In this document: piece by piece, positions 43,701 to 53,314 of the stretch
Layout: every line of letters begins with the position of its first letter
How positions within the stretch are numbered: position 1 is the stretch's first letter
Source of the DNA: Myxococcales bacterium
GTDB taxonomy: Bacteria; Myxococcota_A; UBA9042; JABWCM01; BTVJ01
Direction of reading: 5' to 3'
Length of the DNA: 64,000 bases
Assembly (NCBI GenBank): GCA_045863395.1
Contig: BTVJ01000033.1
Location: forward strand, 19,552-83,551
The notes under the pieces: model-generated
Databases searched by the model: none
What the model was told of the DNA's origin: nothing
What the model saw: only the letters and a program-made list of their open reading frames with translations
Made by a program: the position numbers and the translations under genes

Positions 43701-46134
43701 CCGCAGCCGCCTCCGCGGGCCCCAACATGGCCGCCCGGGCCTGGTGGTGCAGCACCGCCTCCGCCCACCCCGCCGCCGACTCCGCCGCACCGGCCGCCCG
43801 CGCGAGCACGTCCGCCTTCGCTGCCCCATCGAGCAGGCCCGCGACCCGGGTCAGCACCCGCGCCCCGTCCAGCCCGTGGCCCGCCGCGGCGAGCGCCTCC
43901 GCATACAGCTCCAGGGCCGGCAGGTGCTCGGGCGCCGCCTCGAGCGCCACGCGCAGGCGCTCCAGCGCCTCGTCGACCTTGCCCTCCTGCTCGAGCAGCA
44001 CCCGCGCCGCCTTGCACGCAAGGTCCGCGTCACCCGCGACGGACTCGCCCCGGAGCGCGTCGTAGGCGGAGACCAGGTCGTCCCACCGCCCCGTGGCCGC
44101 CGCCAGGCGCTCGATCTCGTCGAGGCGCCCGGTTCCCTTGTCGACGTCCAGGAGCCTGCGCAGCACGTAGAAGGCCGCGTCCACGTCGCCGAGGCGCTCC
44201 TCGAAGACGGGCCGCAGGCGCCGGAGCGCCTCCGCCCGGGCCTCGTCCTCCGTCGCCGCCTCGAAGCGATCGAGCAGCAGGCCGGAGAGGCGCTGCCAGT
44301 CCTCCCGGGCCTCTGCGTCCGCCTCCAGCCTCGCCGAGGCCTCACCACACGCCGGGTCCAACGTGAGCGCCGCCTCGAAGGTCGTCCGCGCCGCGATCGG
44401 GTCTCCGAGGGCGTCAGCGTACAGCGCCCCGGCCTTCAGCAGCGCCTCGACCCGCTCCGCGGGCGACCACGCCGCATCTGAGAGCTCCTCCCAGGCGAGG
44501 ACCGCCGCCTCCGCGTCGCCTGCCGCCATCGCCTCTGCCGCCCGTCGCGCACGCTCGCGCCGGGACCCGGGGCTCGCGGCCTGGAGCGCGGCGAGCCGAT
44601 CTCGCGCCCAGGTCGATGCCCCGTCCGCCGCCACCACCTCCCTACGTGCGCTGGCCCAGTCCCCCTGGTCGACCGCGATCCGAAGCCCGTCCGTCATGCC
44701 GCCGAGCAGCAGGTCCAGAGTCCCTGCCACCCCTGCGACCCCACCCGGGTCATCGCCGACCGGGAATGGCAGCAGGCGTGCGCGCCCGCCATCGTCCAGC
44801 AGCACGGATGACGGTCCGGTGTGCGGTGCCAGCTCCCCCACCGCCGCGACGGCGTCGATGATGTCGCGGGCGATGGTTGCCGCCGCCCCTGCGCCGAGCG
44901 ACCCGTCCGCGGCGAGCCGCCGCGCGAGGGTCGTGCCTGGCTCGGCCATGGCGGACAGCACGAAGCGCCCGATGGACGGCGCCCACCCGAAGTCCACCAC
45001 CGGCACGAGGCGATCCGACGGGGGCTCCCCGAGGCGCTGCGCCAGCTCCCAGGCGTGGCGCACGCGGCGCGCGTCGAGCGCCGCCTGGGGCTGCATGATC
45101 GCGAGCCAGAGCTGCTCCCAGGCATCGGGGTCACCGGCCAGCAGGACGTCGCGCTGATCGTCCACCCGGAGGAGCAGGGCCTCCGTGTAGATGGCGGGCA
45201 CCTCGGCGTGGCTCGGCAGGGTGCCGCAGGTGCTCCGTACCCGGGCTGGGGCGTCGGCGAGCAGCCCCGCGGACACCACCGAGGAGTAGAGCAGGCCCAG
45301 CACCCGGTCCAGGGTGAGGGCGGCGCCGTCCACCAGCAGGGGCGTCAGATCGCCGGTGGCCCCGTCTGAGCACAACAGCTCTCCGTCACTCGTTCCCGCG
45401 AGCACGGCAAAGCTCCCGCCCACGGACGAGACGAAGGGCCACAGCCCCAGCGCAGTGTCCGTGTCGGGGGCGAGCAGGATGGGGCGCCCGGCAGCGATCC
45501 CCCCCGACGGCCTCGTGTCGAAGGCCACCGCCTGCCCGGCCGCCCGCGCGCCGTGGAGCCGGCGTGCCAGGACCGTCTTGCGGTCGGGCCCGTCGAGGAC
45601 CTCCTGGGGCATGAGGAGGACGAGGCGGGAGAGGAACTCGAGCCCCCCGAGCAGGGTCGCCAACGCGGATCGCGCGTCGTCGCCGGTCACACGCGCCAGC
45701 CCCTCCTCCAGCCGGGTACGGTCCAGGCCCGGGTCCTCTCGCAGTGCGACAAGGCGGGCGACCGCGTCCCGCCAGGCCGCGGCCCCGTTGTCTTCGTCGC
45801 GCAGCAGGGCGTGGAGCTCGGGGAGGAACGGCTCCCCCTCGGCGGGGAACCCGCCCGCCGCGGCCTCCAGCAGCGCCCACCAGCGGGCAGGCCCCGGATC
45901 CTGCAACGCCACCCGGAACGCCTCCTCCAGCGCCTGGTGCCCCCCGCCCCGGCTCGCCTGGTCCGCCGTGGCCAGCAGGGCCAGCAGCCGCAGCGTCGAT
46001 TCCACGCAGTCGAACAGGTGCGCGGCCCGCGCCAGGTCGTCGCGCGCGTCCTCGTACCGCTGGGCGGGCAGGGCGATGGGCGTCGGCAGGCGGTGATGGA
46101 CGGCGCGAGACAGGGAGGGCTGGAATGCGGACAT
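40777..46134 (-). CDS. Large TPR-repeat protein (1785 aa), myxobacterial type
   Basis: Many helical A..AYE.AL..DP repeats; C-terminal ANHAGLLLCNDI motif seen in myxobacterial TPR proteins. Confidence 0.75.
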   Translation of the reverse strand: MSAFQPSLSRAVHHRLPTPIALPAQRYEDARDDLARAAHLFDCVESTLRLLALLATADQASRGGGHQALEEAFRVALQDPGPARWWALLEAAAGGFPAEGEPFLPELHALLRDEDNGAAAWRDAVARLVALREDPGLDRTRLEEGLARVTGDDARSALATLLGGLEFLSRLVLLMPQEVLDGPDRKTVLARRLHGARAAGQAVAFDTRPSGGIAAGRPILLAPDTDTALGLWPFVSSVGGSFAVLAGTSDGELLCSDGATGDLTPLLVDGAALTLDRVLGLLYSSVVSAGLLADAPARVRSTCGTLPSHAEVPAIYTEALLLRVDDQRDVLLAGDPDAWEQLWLAIMQPQAALDARRVRHAWELAQRLGEPPSDRLVPVVDFGWAPSIGRFVLSAMAEPGTTLARRLAADGSLGAGAAATIARDIIDAVAAVGELAPHTGPSSVLLDDGGRARLLPFPVGDDPGGVAGVAGTLDLLLGGMTDGLRIAVDQGDWASARREVVAADGASTWARDRLAALQAASPGSRRERARRAAEAMAAGDAEAAVLAWEELSDAAWSPAERVEALLKAGALYADALGDPIAARTTFEAALTLDPACGEASARLEADAEAREDWQRLSGLLLDRFEAATEDEARAEALRRLRPVFEERLGDVDAAFYVLRRLLDVDKGTGRLDEIERLAAATGRWDDLVSAYDALRGESVAGDADLACKAARVLLEQEGKVDEALERLRVALEAAPEHLPALELYAEALAAAGHGLDGARVLTRVAGLLDGAAKADVLARAAGAAESAAGWAEAVLHHQARAAMLGPAEAAAVWVHIGELQAAHLGSPGMARAAFEHALTVAPEVTAAWDGLEELARATGDAGLLRDALMRRVTASRGTDRERAALTHALELGAEAGLDGEARAGLLRRLRAVGADDAGLLDALLDLAHDGGRWDEVVGLLGERAERLGGEEGIPALMEQARVLQLQLGAPARASRVLEVALERKPGDPVVQDALISAYRESQQWSRLAQLLESHGISHTEDARRVELLVEAGQVATQHLKDEARAIALYETALEIDPTHPVAARDLAAIYTEQTQGARALPLVQVWANHVDAEADPEGAVAAWTAVGRAADLVLRHDVAANAYGRAVAITPSDVDARVGLAAALTVSGQVDAAIAAWTAVLDLPALPDGVRSRAQTALGELAMKTGSTEESRTLLERAHVQSPGDEKVLRDLIGACDRLQDWAASVRYRMELSKLVPDRVERGAVLMQAGDLAHDALKDIRAAIEAYRQAQNALPGSKATAARLLRLYLDAQEYEEAIETLRRLIELEEDPKKKGSHRLTLALIYRDHLRDDRRAVAYLNETLDDDPLRLEAFEALDAILVRRKAWEEQAESYERMLERIGEIPGQEALAFRLLRNQAEILTSVRQIEPAIYALERARALKPTDPDTRFALARLMELDDAMVDDAIAEYQTVIQIDGGRAEAYRSLRRLYTRTRAADAAWCACGVLSLFGQADENEQAYYEAHRQGALKVAHVIKTEDTWPRHLYADGQDPTIGALLLGVYRALPERFDTDNFDDLRLTDRNHVDLRVRTSFSSFAGTIPKILGVEKPEFFLAAQAKGIRRLHMPAPAYLLGPDVHDGLKGKRLRFTLGKAMAYLHLPHRVATALPPAQLQAALEAAYLLLTGNEHQVVHAPEAVQDWFRALGRSMGEADRAALRPQAELLFRTGVRPDVAAWQAQVEMTANHAGLLLCNDIEVAIECLEAEPWSPSKLTVKEKTRDLVRYAIAPRYHALRKALGIAIPDDVAEA

Positions 46135-46191
46135 GGGCTACCTCGTGGGGGCCGTGGGCGCGCCGATTCTGAATGGTTGCGGAACCCGCTG

Positions 46192-48378
46192 TCAACCCGC
46201 AGGTTTGTGCCTCGGGCGCCCCCTTCGTAGCCAGGCGAGGGCCACCCACAGCGCGACGGTCCCCCACGGGCTCCCCGGCCCACAGCCGCTCGCTGACGTG
46301 GCCTGGGCCTCTGCGCCCCCACCTGCTCCCCCACTGCCGGGCTCACCCCCCGTTCCCGGCGCCACGCAGGCTTCCCCGACGCAGGTGCGCCCGGGAAGGC
46401 AGGCCGTGTCCTTGCGGATCCGGCACCCGCTCGGGCCCGCCACGCAGGTCCAGAAGCCCGCTCCATCCATGGCGCACCCGCTGGACCCGGCCGCGCAGGC
46501 GTGGACGCAGGCCCCGGGGCAGGAGATGGGGTGCGCGCCGCTCGGGTCCTCCAGCAGAGCCTGCTCCTCAGGGACACACCCATAGAAGCCGCCCAGCGCG
46601 CTCCACCCACACGTCGCGCCCTCACACGGGGTCTCGAGGAGGCCGTCTGCCCCGCAGGCCACCGCCGTCGCGGCGTCGTTGCAGCAGCCCACCGCCCCAA
46701 TCCCGGCGCACCCGCGGCAGGCGCCGTCCATGCAGCCGCCTCCGTCGCACGACTCATAGATCCGGCGAGGGCACTCGGTGGTGTCGCAGGTCCACGTGAG
46801 ATCTCCGTCGCACCCCCTCTCCCCGTCGCCGCACGCTGGCAGGCAGCCGCACTCCGTCGCGCACTTCGCCAGGCCGTCGAAGGCGCAGCAGCCGTCACAC
46901 GGCGTGACCTGGATCGACCCGCCCACGCACGCGACCACCGCGGCTCCGACGCAGGTCCCTGCCGCGGGGATGTCTCCGCAGGGCGGCGCGCCGCAGCTCC
47001 CGTTGCAGACAGGGCACGGGCACTCCCACCGGGCGCCCTGGCAGTCGGCGGGGGTCTGGCATGCGCCGTCGTGGCCGTCGGGTGGACCAAGGCACAGGCC
47101 GTCCTTGCAGATGCCGGGCGCCACGATGGGCGCCACGGGGAACGCCGGCAGCGTTCGAGACACGCAGTGGATGGCCCCAGACAGCTCCGCCAGCCGATCC
47201 GACAGGATGGGGATGTGCTCCCAGTCGGGGAGCGCCTCCGCCCACACGGCGGCGGCTTGCGACTGGAGCGCCCCGCTGGCGCCGTCATCCTTATACACCG
47301 GCCACAGGTTCACTCCGTTGACCAGCGTCGCGTTCAGGAACGTGCGCGGCGTCTTGCCGGCCTTGGCCGGGAACGGCATGCGGAGGACCTGCATCCCGGG
47401 GAGCGCCCCCAACGAGGCCGCGTTCTTGTCCATGCGCTCGGCGTTCTTGGCATCGACGACCACGGCGCCGTCGAAGGCCCCCACGATGGCCAGGTCCCGC
47501 CGCGTCAGCTTGAAGAACATGTCGATGTGCCCCGTGGCGTCGTCGCTCAGGTCCTGGAGCACCACCACGCTCTGGCAGCCCACGTAGTCCCGCAGCACGC
47601 CCGCCAGCTCCCCCTGCGTCGCCCCCGTGTTCTGGAGCGCCCGGGTCGTGGTGTAGCAGCCGCCCTCGCCGTCGGCCTGGAGGTTCCCCCCCTCGAAGTC
47701 GAACGGTGCGCGCCAAACCGTCGCCGGCAGGGCGTGTCCGCTCGGGGAGGCGCCCGCCAGCGCGAGGCGCGACGGCAGGGCGTCGTCCAGGAGCCGGCTC
47801 TTGAAGTAGCGGAAGTCCACGAAGCCCGTGCGCCCCAGCGCCTCGTCCACCACGGGGAAGGGCCCGAAGTCGATGAACCACACCGAGTCGATGGGGACCT
47901 GCCAGATGGCGACCCGCGCGGCGACGTCGGCCTCCGAGAGCCCCCACGCGAGGAGCGCGCCGATCAAGTCCTGCGCGCCCGTATTGGTCTCGACCACCAC
48001 GCCGACGTCGGTCTCCGCCTTCACCGTGTGGCCCAGCATGGCGACGACCGTGTCCCGCGCTCCCTTGTCACCGCTGAGGTAGGAGGGCCACGCCGCCAGG
48101 ACCATGGACATGGGCTCCCACTCGCGCATGGCCCGCACGGGCTGGCTGGGCGGGACGGTCACGGCGAACCACTCGGGGTGAGCGAGGCGCCACGCGGCCA
48201 GGTCGTCGCCTTTGCCCGCCGAGAGGCGCTCCGCCTCGGTCCGGTGCGCGGGCAACAGCGCGGGCGAGGCCGCCTCCTCCTCCAGCCCCCCCTCCTCCGG
48301 CGCGCACGCGGCGAGCAGACACGCCACGGCCAGGAGGGTGAACCTCGAACACCTGCGCCACCGGTCGACGTCGTCCAC
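46192..48378 (-). CDS. Agmatine/peptidylarginine deiminase family lipoprotein with a Cys-rich region and MYXO-CTERM-like tail
   Basis: LLAAC lipobox; EWEP, DSVWFIDFGP, EGGN, TGHIDMF, GAIHCVS; GC...hydrophobic...RR tail; start uncertain. Confidence 0.78.
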   Translation of the reverse strand: MDDVDRWRRCSRFTLLAVACLLAACAPEEGGLEEEAASPALLPAHRTEAERLSAGKGDDLAAWRLAHPEWFAVTVPPSQPVRAMREWEPMSMVLAAWPSYLSGDKGARDTVVAMLGHTVKAETDVGVVVETNTGAQDLIGALLAWGLSEADVAARVAIWQVPIDSVWFIDFGPFPVVDEALGRTGFVDFRYFKSRLLDDALPSRLALAGASPSGHALPATVWRAPFDFEGGNLQADGEGGCYTTTRALQNTGATQGELAGVLRDYVGCQSVVVLQDLSDDATGHIDMFFKLTRRDLAIVGAFDGAVVVDAKNAERMDKNAASLGALPGMQVLRMPFPAKAGKTPRTFLNATLVNGVNLWPVYKDDGASGALQSQAAAVWAEALPDWEHIPILSDRLAELSGAIHCVSRTLPAFPVAPIVAPGICKDGLCLGPPDGHDGACQTPADCQGARWECPCPVCNGSCGAPPCGDIPAAGTCVGAAVVACVGGSIQVTPCDGCCAFDGLAKCATECGCLPACGDGERGCDGDLTWTCDTTECPRRIYESCDGGGCMDGACRGCAGIGAVGCCNDAATAVACGADGLLETPCEGATCGWSALGGFYGCVPEEQALLEDPSGAHPISCPGACVHACAAGSSGCAMDGAGFWTCVAGPSGCRIRKDTACLPGRTCVGEACVAPGTGGEPGSGGAGGGAEAQATSASGCGPGSPWGTVALWVALAWLRRGRPRHKPAG

Positions 48379-48511
48379 GACCGGGCATGGTAGCCCCGGA
48401 GACGCTCGCCGGCAATTCGCCTTGACCGCCGGGCGGGGATCGTCTAAAAAGCCCGACTCGCGCTGCTCCCCAGGGATGGGGATGCTCTGGCGCCACACGA
48501 CAGGAGACGCA

Positions 48512-48682
48512 ATGGCCGACACCAAGAAGTTCGAGTCCCGCACCATGCGCAAGGGCATCAAGCGGTCGCAGCGCCGGAAGTTCAAGGCGGTCTACGAGGC
48601 GCTGAGCCCCGACCAGCGCAAGAAGTTCAACCACTCGGAAGAGAAGGTCGGGCTCCGCCAGTTCCTCGCCGCCAGCAAGTAG
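48512..48682 (+). CDS. Small basic hypothetical protein (56 aa)
   Basis: AGGAG RBS; GC3-rich codons; MADTKKFESRTMRKGIKRSQRRKFK... Confidence 0.7.
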   Translation: MADTKKFESRTMRKGIKRSQRRKFKAVYEALSPDQRKKFNHSEEKVGLRQFLAASK

Positions 48683-48688
48683 GCCCCC

Positions 48689-49790
48689 ATGAGCTACGAC
48701 GATCTCCGCCAGCGCACCAAGGACCTGCGCGAGCGCCTCGTTGCGCTCCGGAGGCATCTTTGACGTCGATCAGGCCCGCGAGAGGGTAGCCGCCCTCGAC
48801 GAGCAGTCCGCCGTGCCCTCCTTCTGGGACGACCCCGCGAAGGCACAAGCGGTGCTCAAGGAGCGGAACGAGCTGGTCGAGCGCGTCGACACCTGGACCA
48901 CCCCCAACACGGCCCTCGAAGACGCAGTCCTGCTCATGGACATGGCGGAGGAGGAGTCGGACGACTCCCTGGAGGCCGAGCTTCGCCGGTCCCTGGACGA
49001 CGTCCGAGCTCAGGTGGAGGCGCTGGAGTTCCAGCGAATGCTCGGCACCGTCGAGGACAAGACGGGCGCCATCGTCGCCATCAACTCGGGCGCGGGGGGC
49101 ATCGAGAGCCAGGACTGGGCGGCGATGCTGCTGCGCATGTACCTGCGCTGGTGCGACTCCCACGGCTACAAGACCGTGATGCTCGACGAGCTGGAGGGCG
49201 ACGAGGCGGGCATCAAGAGCGCCACGTTCTCCGTCGAGGGCAACTACGCCTACGGCCACCTCAAGGCGGAGGCCGGCGTGCACCGCCTGGTGCGTATCTC
49301 GCCCTTCGACGCCAATGCGCGGCGCCACACCTCCTTCGCGAGCGTCTTCGTGTACCCGGACATCGAGGACGAGATCGAGATCGAGGTGAACGAGGCGGAC
49401 CTTCGGGTGGACACCTACCGGGCGAGCGGCGCCGGCGGCCAGCACGTCAACAAGACCGACAGCGCCGTCCGGCTGACGCACCTCCCGACGGGCATCGTCG
49501 TCGCCTGCCAGAACGAGCGCAGCCAGCACAAGAACCGCTCCACCGCCATGAAGATCCTCAAGGCGCGCCTCTACGAGCGCGAGATCCAGGAGCGTGAGAA
49601 GGAGCGGGACGCCGTCGAGGCCGCAAAGCGCCAGATCGACTTCGGCAGCCAGATCCGCTCCTACGTGCTCCAGCCCTACCGCCTCGTCAAGGACCACCGG
49701 ACCGGCTTCGAGATGGGCAACGCCGACGGCGTGCTCGACGGCGACCTGGACGGCTTCATCAAGGCGTATCTGCTCAGCGCGAGCGAGTGA
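48689..49790 (+). CDS. prfB: Peptide chain release factor 2 with programmed +1 frameshift
   Basis: 24 codons to CTT-TGA-C (48758-48764), then the +1 frame with SPF and GGQ motifs. Confidence 0.96.
48750..48764 (+). promoter_or_regulatory. prfB frameshift signal (internal SD plus slippery site)
   Basis: GGAGG-CAT-CTT-TGA-C. Confidence 0.93.
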
Positions 49791-50611
49791 TGGTGACGGT
49801 CCTCTCTGTGTCCGACGGCACTGCGCACACTGCGGAGCGTGTGGTCCGCTCGGCGCTGGTCCAGTTCGAGGGCGCGGACGTGGACATCGAGCGGCGCGCC
49901 GCCGTGCGCAGCGCTGCCGAGGTCGGCGCCGTCGTGCGGGAGGCCAGCGAGCGCCGCTGCCTGATCGTCCACACGCTGGTCTCCGACGAGCTGCGGCGGG
50001 TCATGGCGTCGGAGGCGCGCCTCCAGGGCGTCGACGCGCTGGACCTGATGGGTCCAGTGCTCGAGCGACTCGCCACCCAGCTCCACCTCTCCCCACTGCA
50101 GAAGCCCGGCCTCTTCGAGCAGATCGCCGAGGAGCGCAACCGCGCCATCGAGGCCGTGGACTTCGCGTTCCGGCACGACGACGGGCAGCGGGTCGACGAG
50201 ATCGAGCGGGCCGAGGTCGTCCTCGTCGGCGTCTCCCGGACCATGAAGACTCCTACCTGCCTCTACCTGGCCTACCGGGGCTGGTTCGCGGCGAACGTGC
50301 CGCTGGTCGAGGGGCTCAACCCGCCGCCCCCGCTTCTCGCCGTGCCCGCGTCGCGGGTGTTCTGCCTCGTGATGGGCGCGCAGCGCCTGGTCGAGCTGCG
50401 CCGGGTCCGTGCGGAGCACATGGGCGCCGGGCGCGCGACCTACGCGACCTCGGAGCAGGTCCGCCGCGAGCTCGCCCACGCCGCCTCCCTGTGCCGCCTC
50501 CGCGGCTGGACCCACCTGGACGTCACCGGAAAGTCCGTCGAGGAGGTGGCGCGCGAGATCGTCATGCTCCTCCCGGACAAGGACACGGCGGGCCGCTGGT
50601 ACGGAGGCTGA
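49787..50611 (+). CDS. PEP synthase/PPDK regulatory kinase-pyrophosphorylase (DUF299)
   Basis: VSDGT, AIEAVDFAFRHDDG, LVGVSRTMKTPTCLYLA, AANVPLV, DVTGKSVEE. Confidence 0.9.
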   Translation: MMVTVLSVSDGTAHTAERVVRSALVQFEGADVDIERRAAVRSAAEVGAVVREASERRCLIVHTLVSDELRRVMASEARLQGVDALDLMGPVLERLATQLHLSPLQKPGLFEQIAEERNRAIEAVDFAFRHDDGQRVDEIERAEVVLVGVSRTMKTPTCLYLAYRGWFAANVPLVEGLNPPPPLLAVPASRVFCLVMGAQRLVELRRVRAEHMGAGRATYATSEQVRRELAHAASLCRLRGWTHLDVTGKSVEEVAREIVMLLPDKDTAGRWYGG

Positions 50612-50717
50612 CCGTCCGGGGGCGCGGGCCGCGAGCGGGGAGCTCGACCAGCGTGGGATGCCAGGCCCCGACTGGATCCTGGACCCGCGGTCGGGATACG
50701 CTGCTCGTCTCCCACGA

Positions 50718-52163
50718 ATGCGGCACGCGAGGGACCCATTGCAGTTGACGACCGCCCAGGGCGCCTTGGCGCAGGAGGTCCGGTGCGACCGGCGCACGCG
50801 GACTGCGTATGCGCTCCCCGGCTTCGCCCTGGCCCTCGTCGGCATCCCCGTGTTCGTCTACCTGCCCAAGTTCTATACAGACGTCGTCGGCGTCAGCATG
50901 ACGGTCTTCGGCGCCATCTTCCTCATCGCCCGGGTCCTCGACGCCTTTGTCGACCCCTGGATCGGCGTGGTCTCGGACCGGACCCGCTCCCGGCTGGGGC
51001 GCCGGCGCCCCTACCTCGTGTGGGGGGCGCTCCCCCTGGCCCTGGCCGCCGTGTGGCTCTACGTGCCGCCGCTGCTCGGCGCCACCGGGTCGGCCATCTG
51101 GCTGGCCATCGGCGTCGCGGCATTCTTCTTCCTGTGGACCCTGGTGACCATCCCGTACCGCTCCCTCGGCCCCGAGCTGACCCCCGACTACGACGAGCGG
51201 ACCGTGCTCTTCGGGTGGCGGGACGCCGCGATCATCGGCGGCACCATGGTGGCTGCCGCCGCCGTGCCCGCGGTGGGGGACGCCTTCGGGCTCCCCGACA
51301 CGTCGAGCGGCGAGCGCCGGCGCTTCCTCATCTACGTGGCCATCGCCGCGCCCGTCCTGGTCTGGAGCTGCCTGCGCTGCGCCCAGGTGGTGCGGGAGCG
51401 TGTCGCCACCACGCCGGCCCACCCGACGGGGTTGTTGCGGGGGACGGCGGAGGCCCTGCGCAACCGCCCCTTCGCGGTCCTGCTGGCCGCCTACACGGTC
51501 AGCGCCTTCGGCAGCAACCTGCCCGCGTCGCTGATCCCCTACTACACGGAGCACGTGCTGCACGCAGACATCGTCGGGCCCATCTTCATCCTCTACTTCA
51601 CGGTGGGCATCTCGTTCATCCCGCTGTGGGTCCGCGCGGCGCGGCGCTACGGCAAGAAGGCCGCGTTCCTCGTAGCCACCGCCTGCAACACGGGCGCGTT
51701 CTCCTTCGTGTTCTTCCTCGGGGAGGGGGACGTGCTCGCCTACTTCGTGCTCGTGGGCCTCTCGGGAATCGGCGCCGGCGCGGTCATCGTCATGCCCAAC
51801 TCCATGCAGGCCGACGTCATCGACTACGACGAGCTGCGTACGGGGCGCCGCCGCGAGGGGCAGTTCGTGGGCCTCTGGTCCGTCGCCGAGAAGTTTGCCG
51901 CCGCGGTCGGAGTGGGCCTGGCGCTCCCCATCCTCGGGTTGGCGGGGTACAAGCCGAACCAGCAGCAGACCCCGGAGGTACTGCTCACCCTGCGCTGCCT
52001 CTACGTGCTGGTGCCGGTGGCGTGCAACCTGGCCGCCTTCGGGCTCACGCTGCTCTACCCCATTGATCGCAAGAGCCACGAGGCGATCCGCGCCGCCATC
52101 CAGCGGCGGGAGGGAGGGAGCGCGGTCGTCGACCCCTTGGACGAGACGCGGATCCTCCAGTGA
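50718..52163 (+). CDS. MFS transporter, GPH (MelB-like) family
   Basis: DAFVDPWIGVVSDRTRSRLGRRRPY, ELTPDYDERT, ADVIDYDE.RTG.RREG; start uncertain. Confidence 0.88.
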   Translation: MRHARDPLQLTTAQGALAQEVRCDRRTRTAYALPGFALALVGIPVFVYLPKFYTDVVGVSMTVFGAIFLIARVLDAFVDPWIGVVSDRTRSRLGRRRPYLVWGALPLALAAVWLYVPPLLGATGSAIWLAIGVAAFFFLWTLVTIPYRSLGPELTPDYDERTVLFGWRDAAIIGGTMVAAAAVPAVGDAFGLPDTSSGERRRFLIYVAIAAPVLVWSCLRCAQVVRERVATTPAHPTGLLRGTAEALRNRPFAVLLAAYTVSAFGSNLPASLIPYYTEHVLHADIVGPIFILYFTVGISFIPLWVRAARRYGKKAAFLVATACNTGAFSFVFFLGEGDVLAYFVLVGLSGIGAGAVIVMPNSMQADVIDYDELRTGRRREGQFVGLWSVAEKFAAAVGVGLALPILGLAGYKPNQQQTPEVLLTLRCLYVLVPVACNLAAFGLTLLYPIDRKSHEAIRAAIQRREGGSAVVDPLDETRILQ

Positions 52164-52164
52164 G

Positions 52165-53043
52165 TCAGTAGCCGCAGACCCCCATCGTGCACTTGCCCAG
52201 GGGGACGTCGGGGCACCCGCCCCCGCAGCCCCACCCGTCGGGCGGCGCGCAGTGGTCCAGGTACCACCCTTGGAGCGCTACGATGCCCGCGGCGTCGGCG
52301 CTCGCCGTGAGCACGGCCGGGCACTGGCAGAGCAGCCCCACGGGGACCTGCTGCGTACACTCCGCGCCCGCCACGCACGCCTTGCCTGCCGCCACCAGGT
52401 CTCCGTGGACCTGCTTGGCGGCGCCGCACTCCTTGACGCACTTGGGCGGGAGCTGGCAGCCCTTGGCGTCCTTGCCGCCGCCGAGGACGACGCCGCCCTC
52501 GCACCAACCCGGCGCCGGAGGGGCCCAGAAGGGGCAGTCGATGGGGCCACACAGGTCCGGGGGCACGCACGCGAAGAGCTTGCAGTCCGCGCAGTCCGGG
52601 CAGCTCGGCACGCACTGGCAGGTCGCGCCTCCGCCGCACGGGGAGCCGTCCTTCGGGCACAGCCAGGCGCCGGGCGCTGGGGCGCACGCCGCTGCCGGAC
52701 AGTCGTCGCAGAACGGGCAGCTCGGGATGCACTGGCAGGTCGCGCCCTCGCCGCACTGAGAGGGCGCAGGCGGCGCCGCGAATCCCCAGGAGTCACCGCA
52801 GGCGGGCCCCACGACGCACGCCGGCGGCGTGGCGCAGACCCACTCGCAGAGGGCCTCGTCGGTGCACGTCCAGGCGCCCTCGCAGGCGGCGTGGGCCATC
52901 CCCTCGCAGTCCGAGGGGCCGGCACACTCGATGCTCACGGGCACGGGCACGCAGCCCGGCTTCTTGCCGTCCGCAGCGAGGAGCGCCAGGGCGGCGAGCA
53001 TCCCCGCGGAGAGGAGCAGCGGCTTCATGTTCGGTCGGCTCAT
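52165..53043 (-). CDS. Secreted cysteine-rich protein
   Basis: Signal peptide; duplicated CG.GATCQC.PSCP.C.DC motif. Confidence 0.6.
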   Translation of the reverse strand: MSRPNMKPLLLSAGMLAALALLAADGKKPGCVPVPVSIECAGPSDCEGMAHAACEGAWTCTDEALCEWVCATPPACVVGPACGDSWGFAAPPAPSQCGEGATCQCIPSCPFCDDCPAAACAPAPGAWLCPKDGSPCGGGATCQCVPSCPDCADCKLFACVPPDLCGPIDCPFWAPPAPGWCEGGVVLGGGKDAKGCQLPPKCVKECGAAKQVHGDLVAAGKACVAGAECTQQVPVGLLCQCPAVLTASADAAGIVALQGWYLDHCAPPDGWGCGGGCPDVPLGKCTMGVCGY

Positions 53044-53314
53044 CGTCGTCCTCCGTCCACCCAGGCCCAGGGTACGCCGCCCCTCACTCCAGTACAACGT
53101 CGAATGCCGCGGGTGTCGGGCGTCGGTGTCGTGATGCGTGTGCCTGGGGGGCCGGGTGCGTCCCCGGAGCCGAAGGGGAGCATTTCTTCGCTCCCCGCGT
53201 GACTATCACTTTGGAGTTGGCGCGACTGCCGCTTGGTGCTACGGTTCGTCTGCCCCGTGTGAACTCAGTCGCAGAGGTCGAATTTCATCGACCTGACGCG
53301 ACAGGGAGGGTTCC

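Noticed and set aside
48689..48763. prfB as a pseudogene or sequencing error
   Set aside because: Canonical programmed frameshift site
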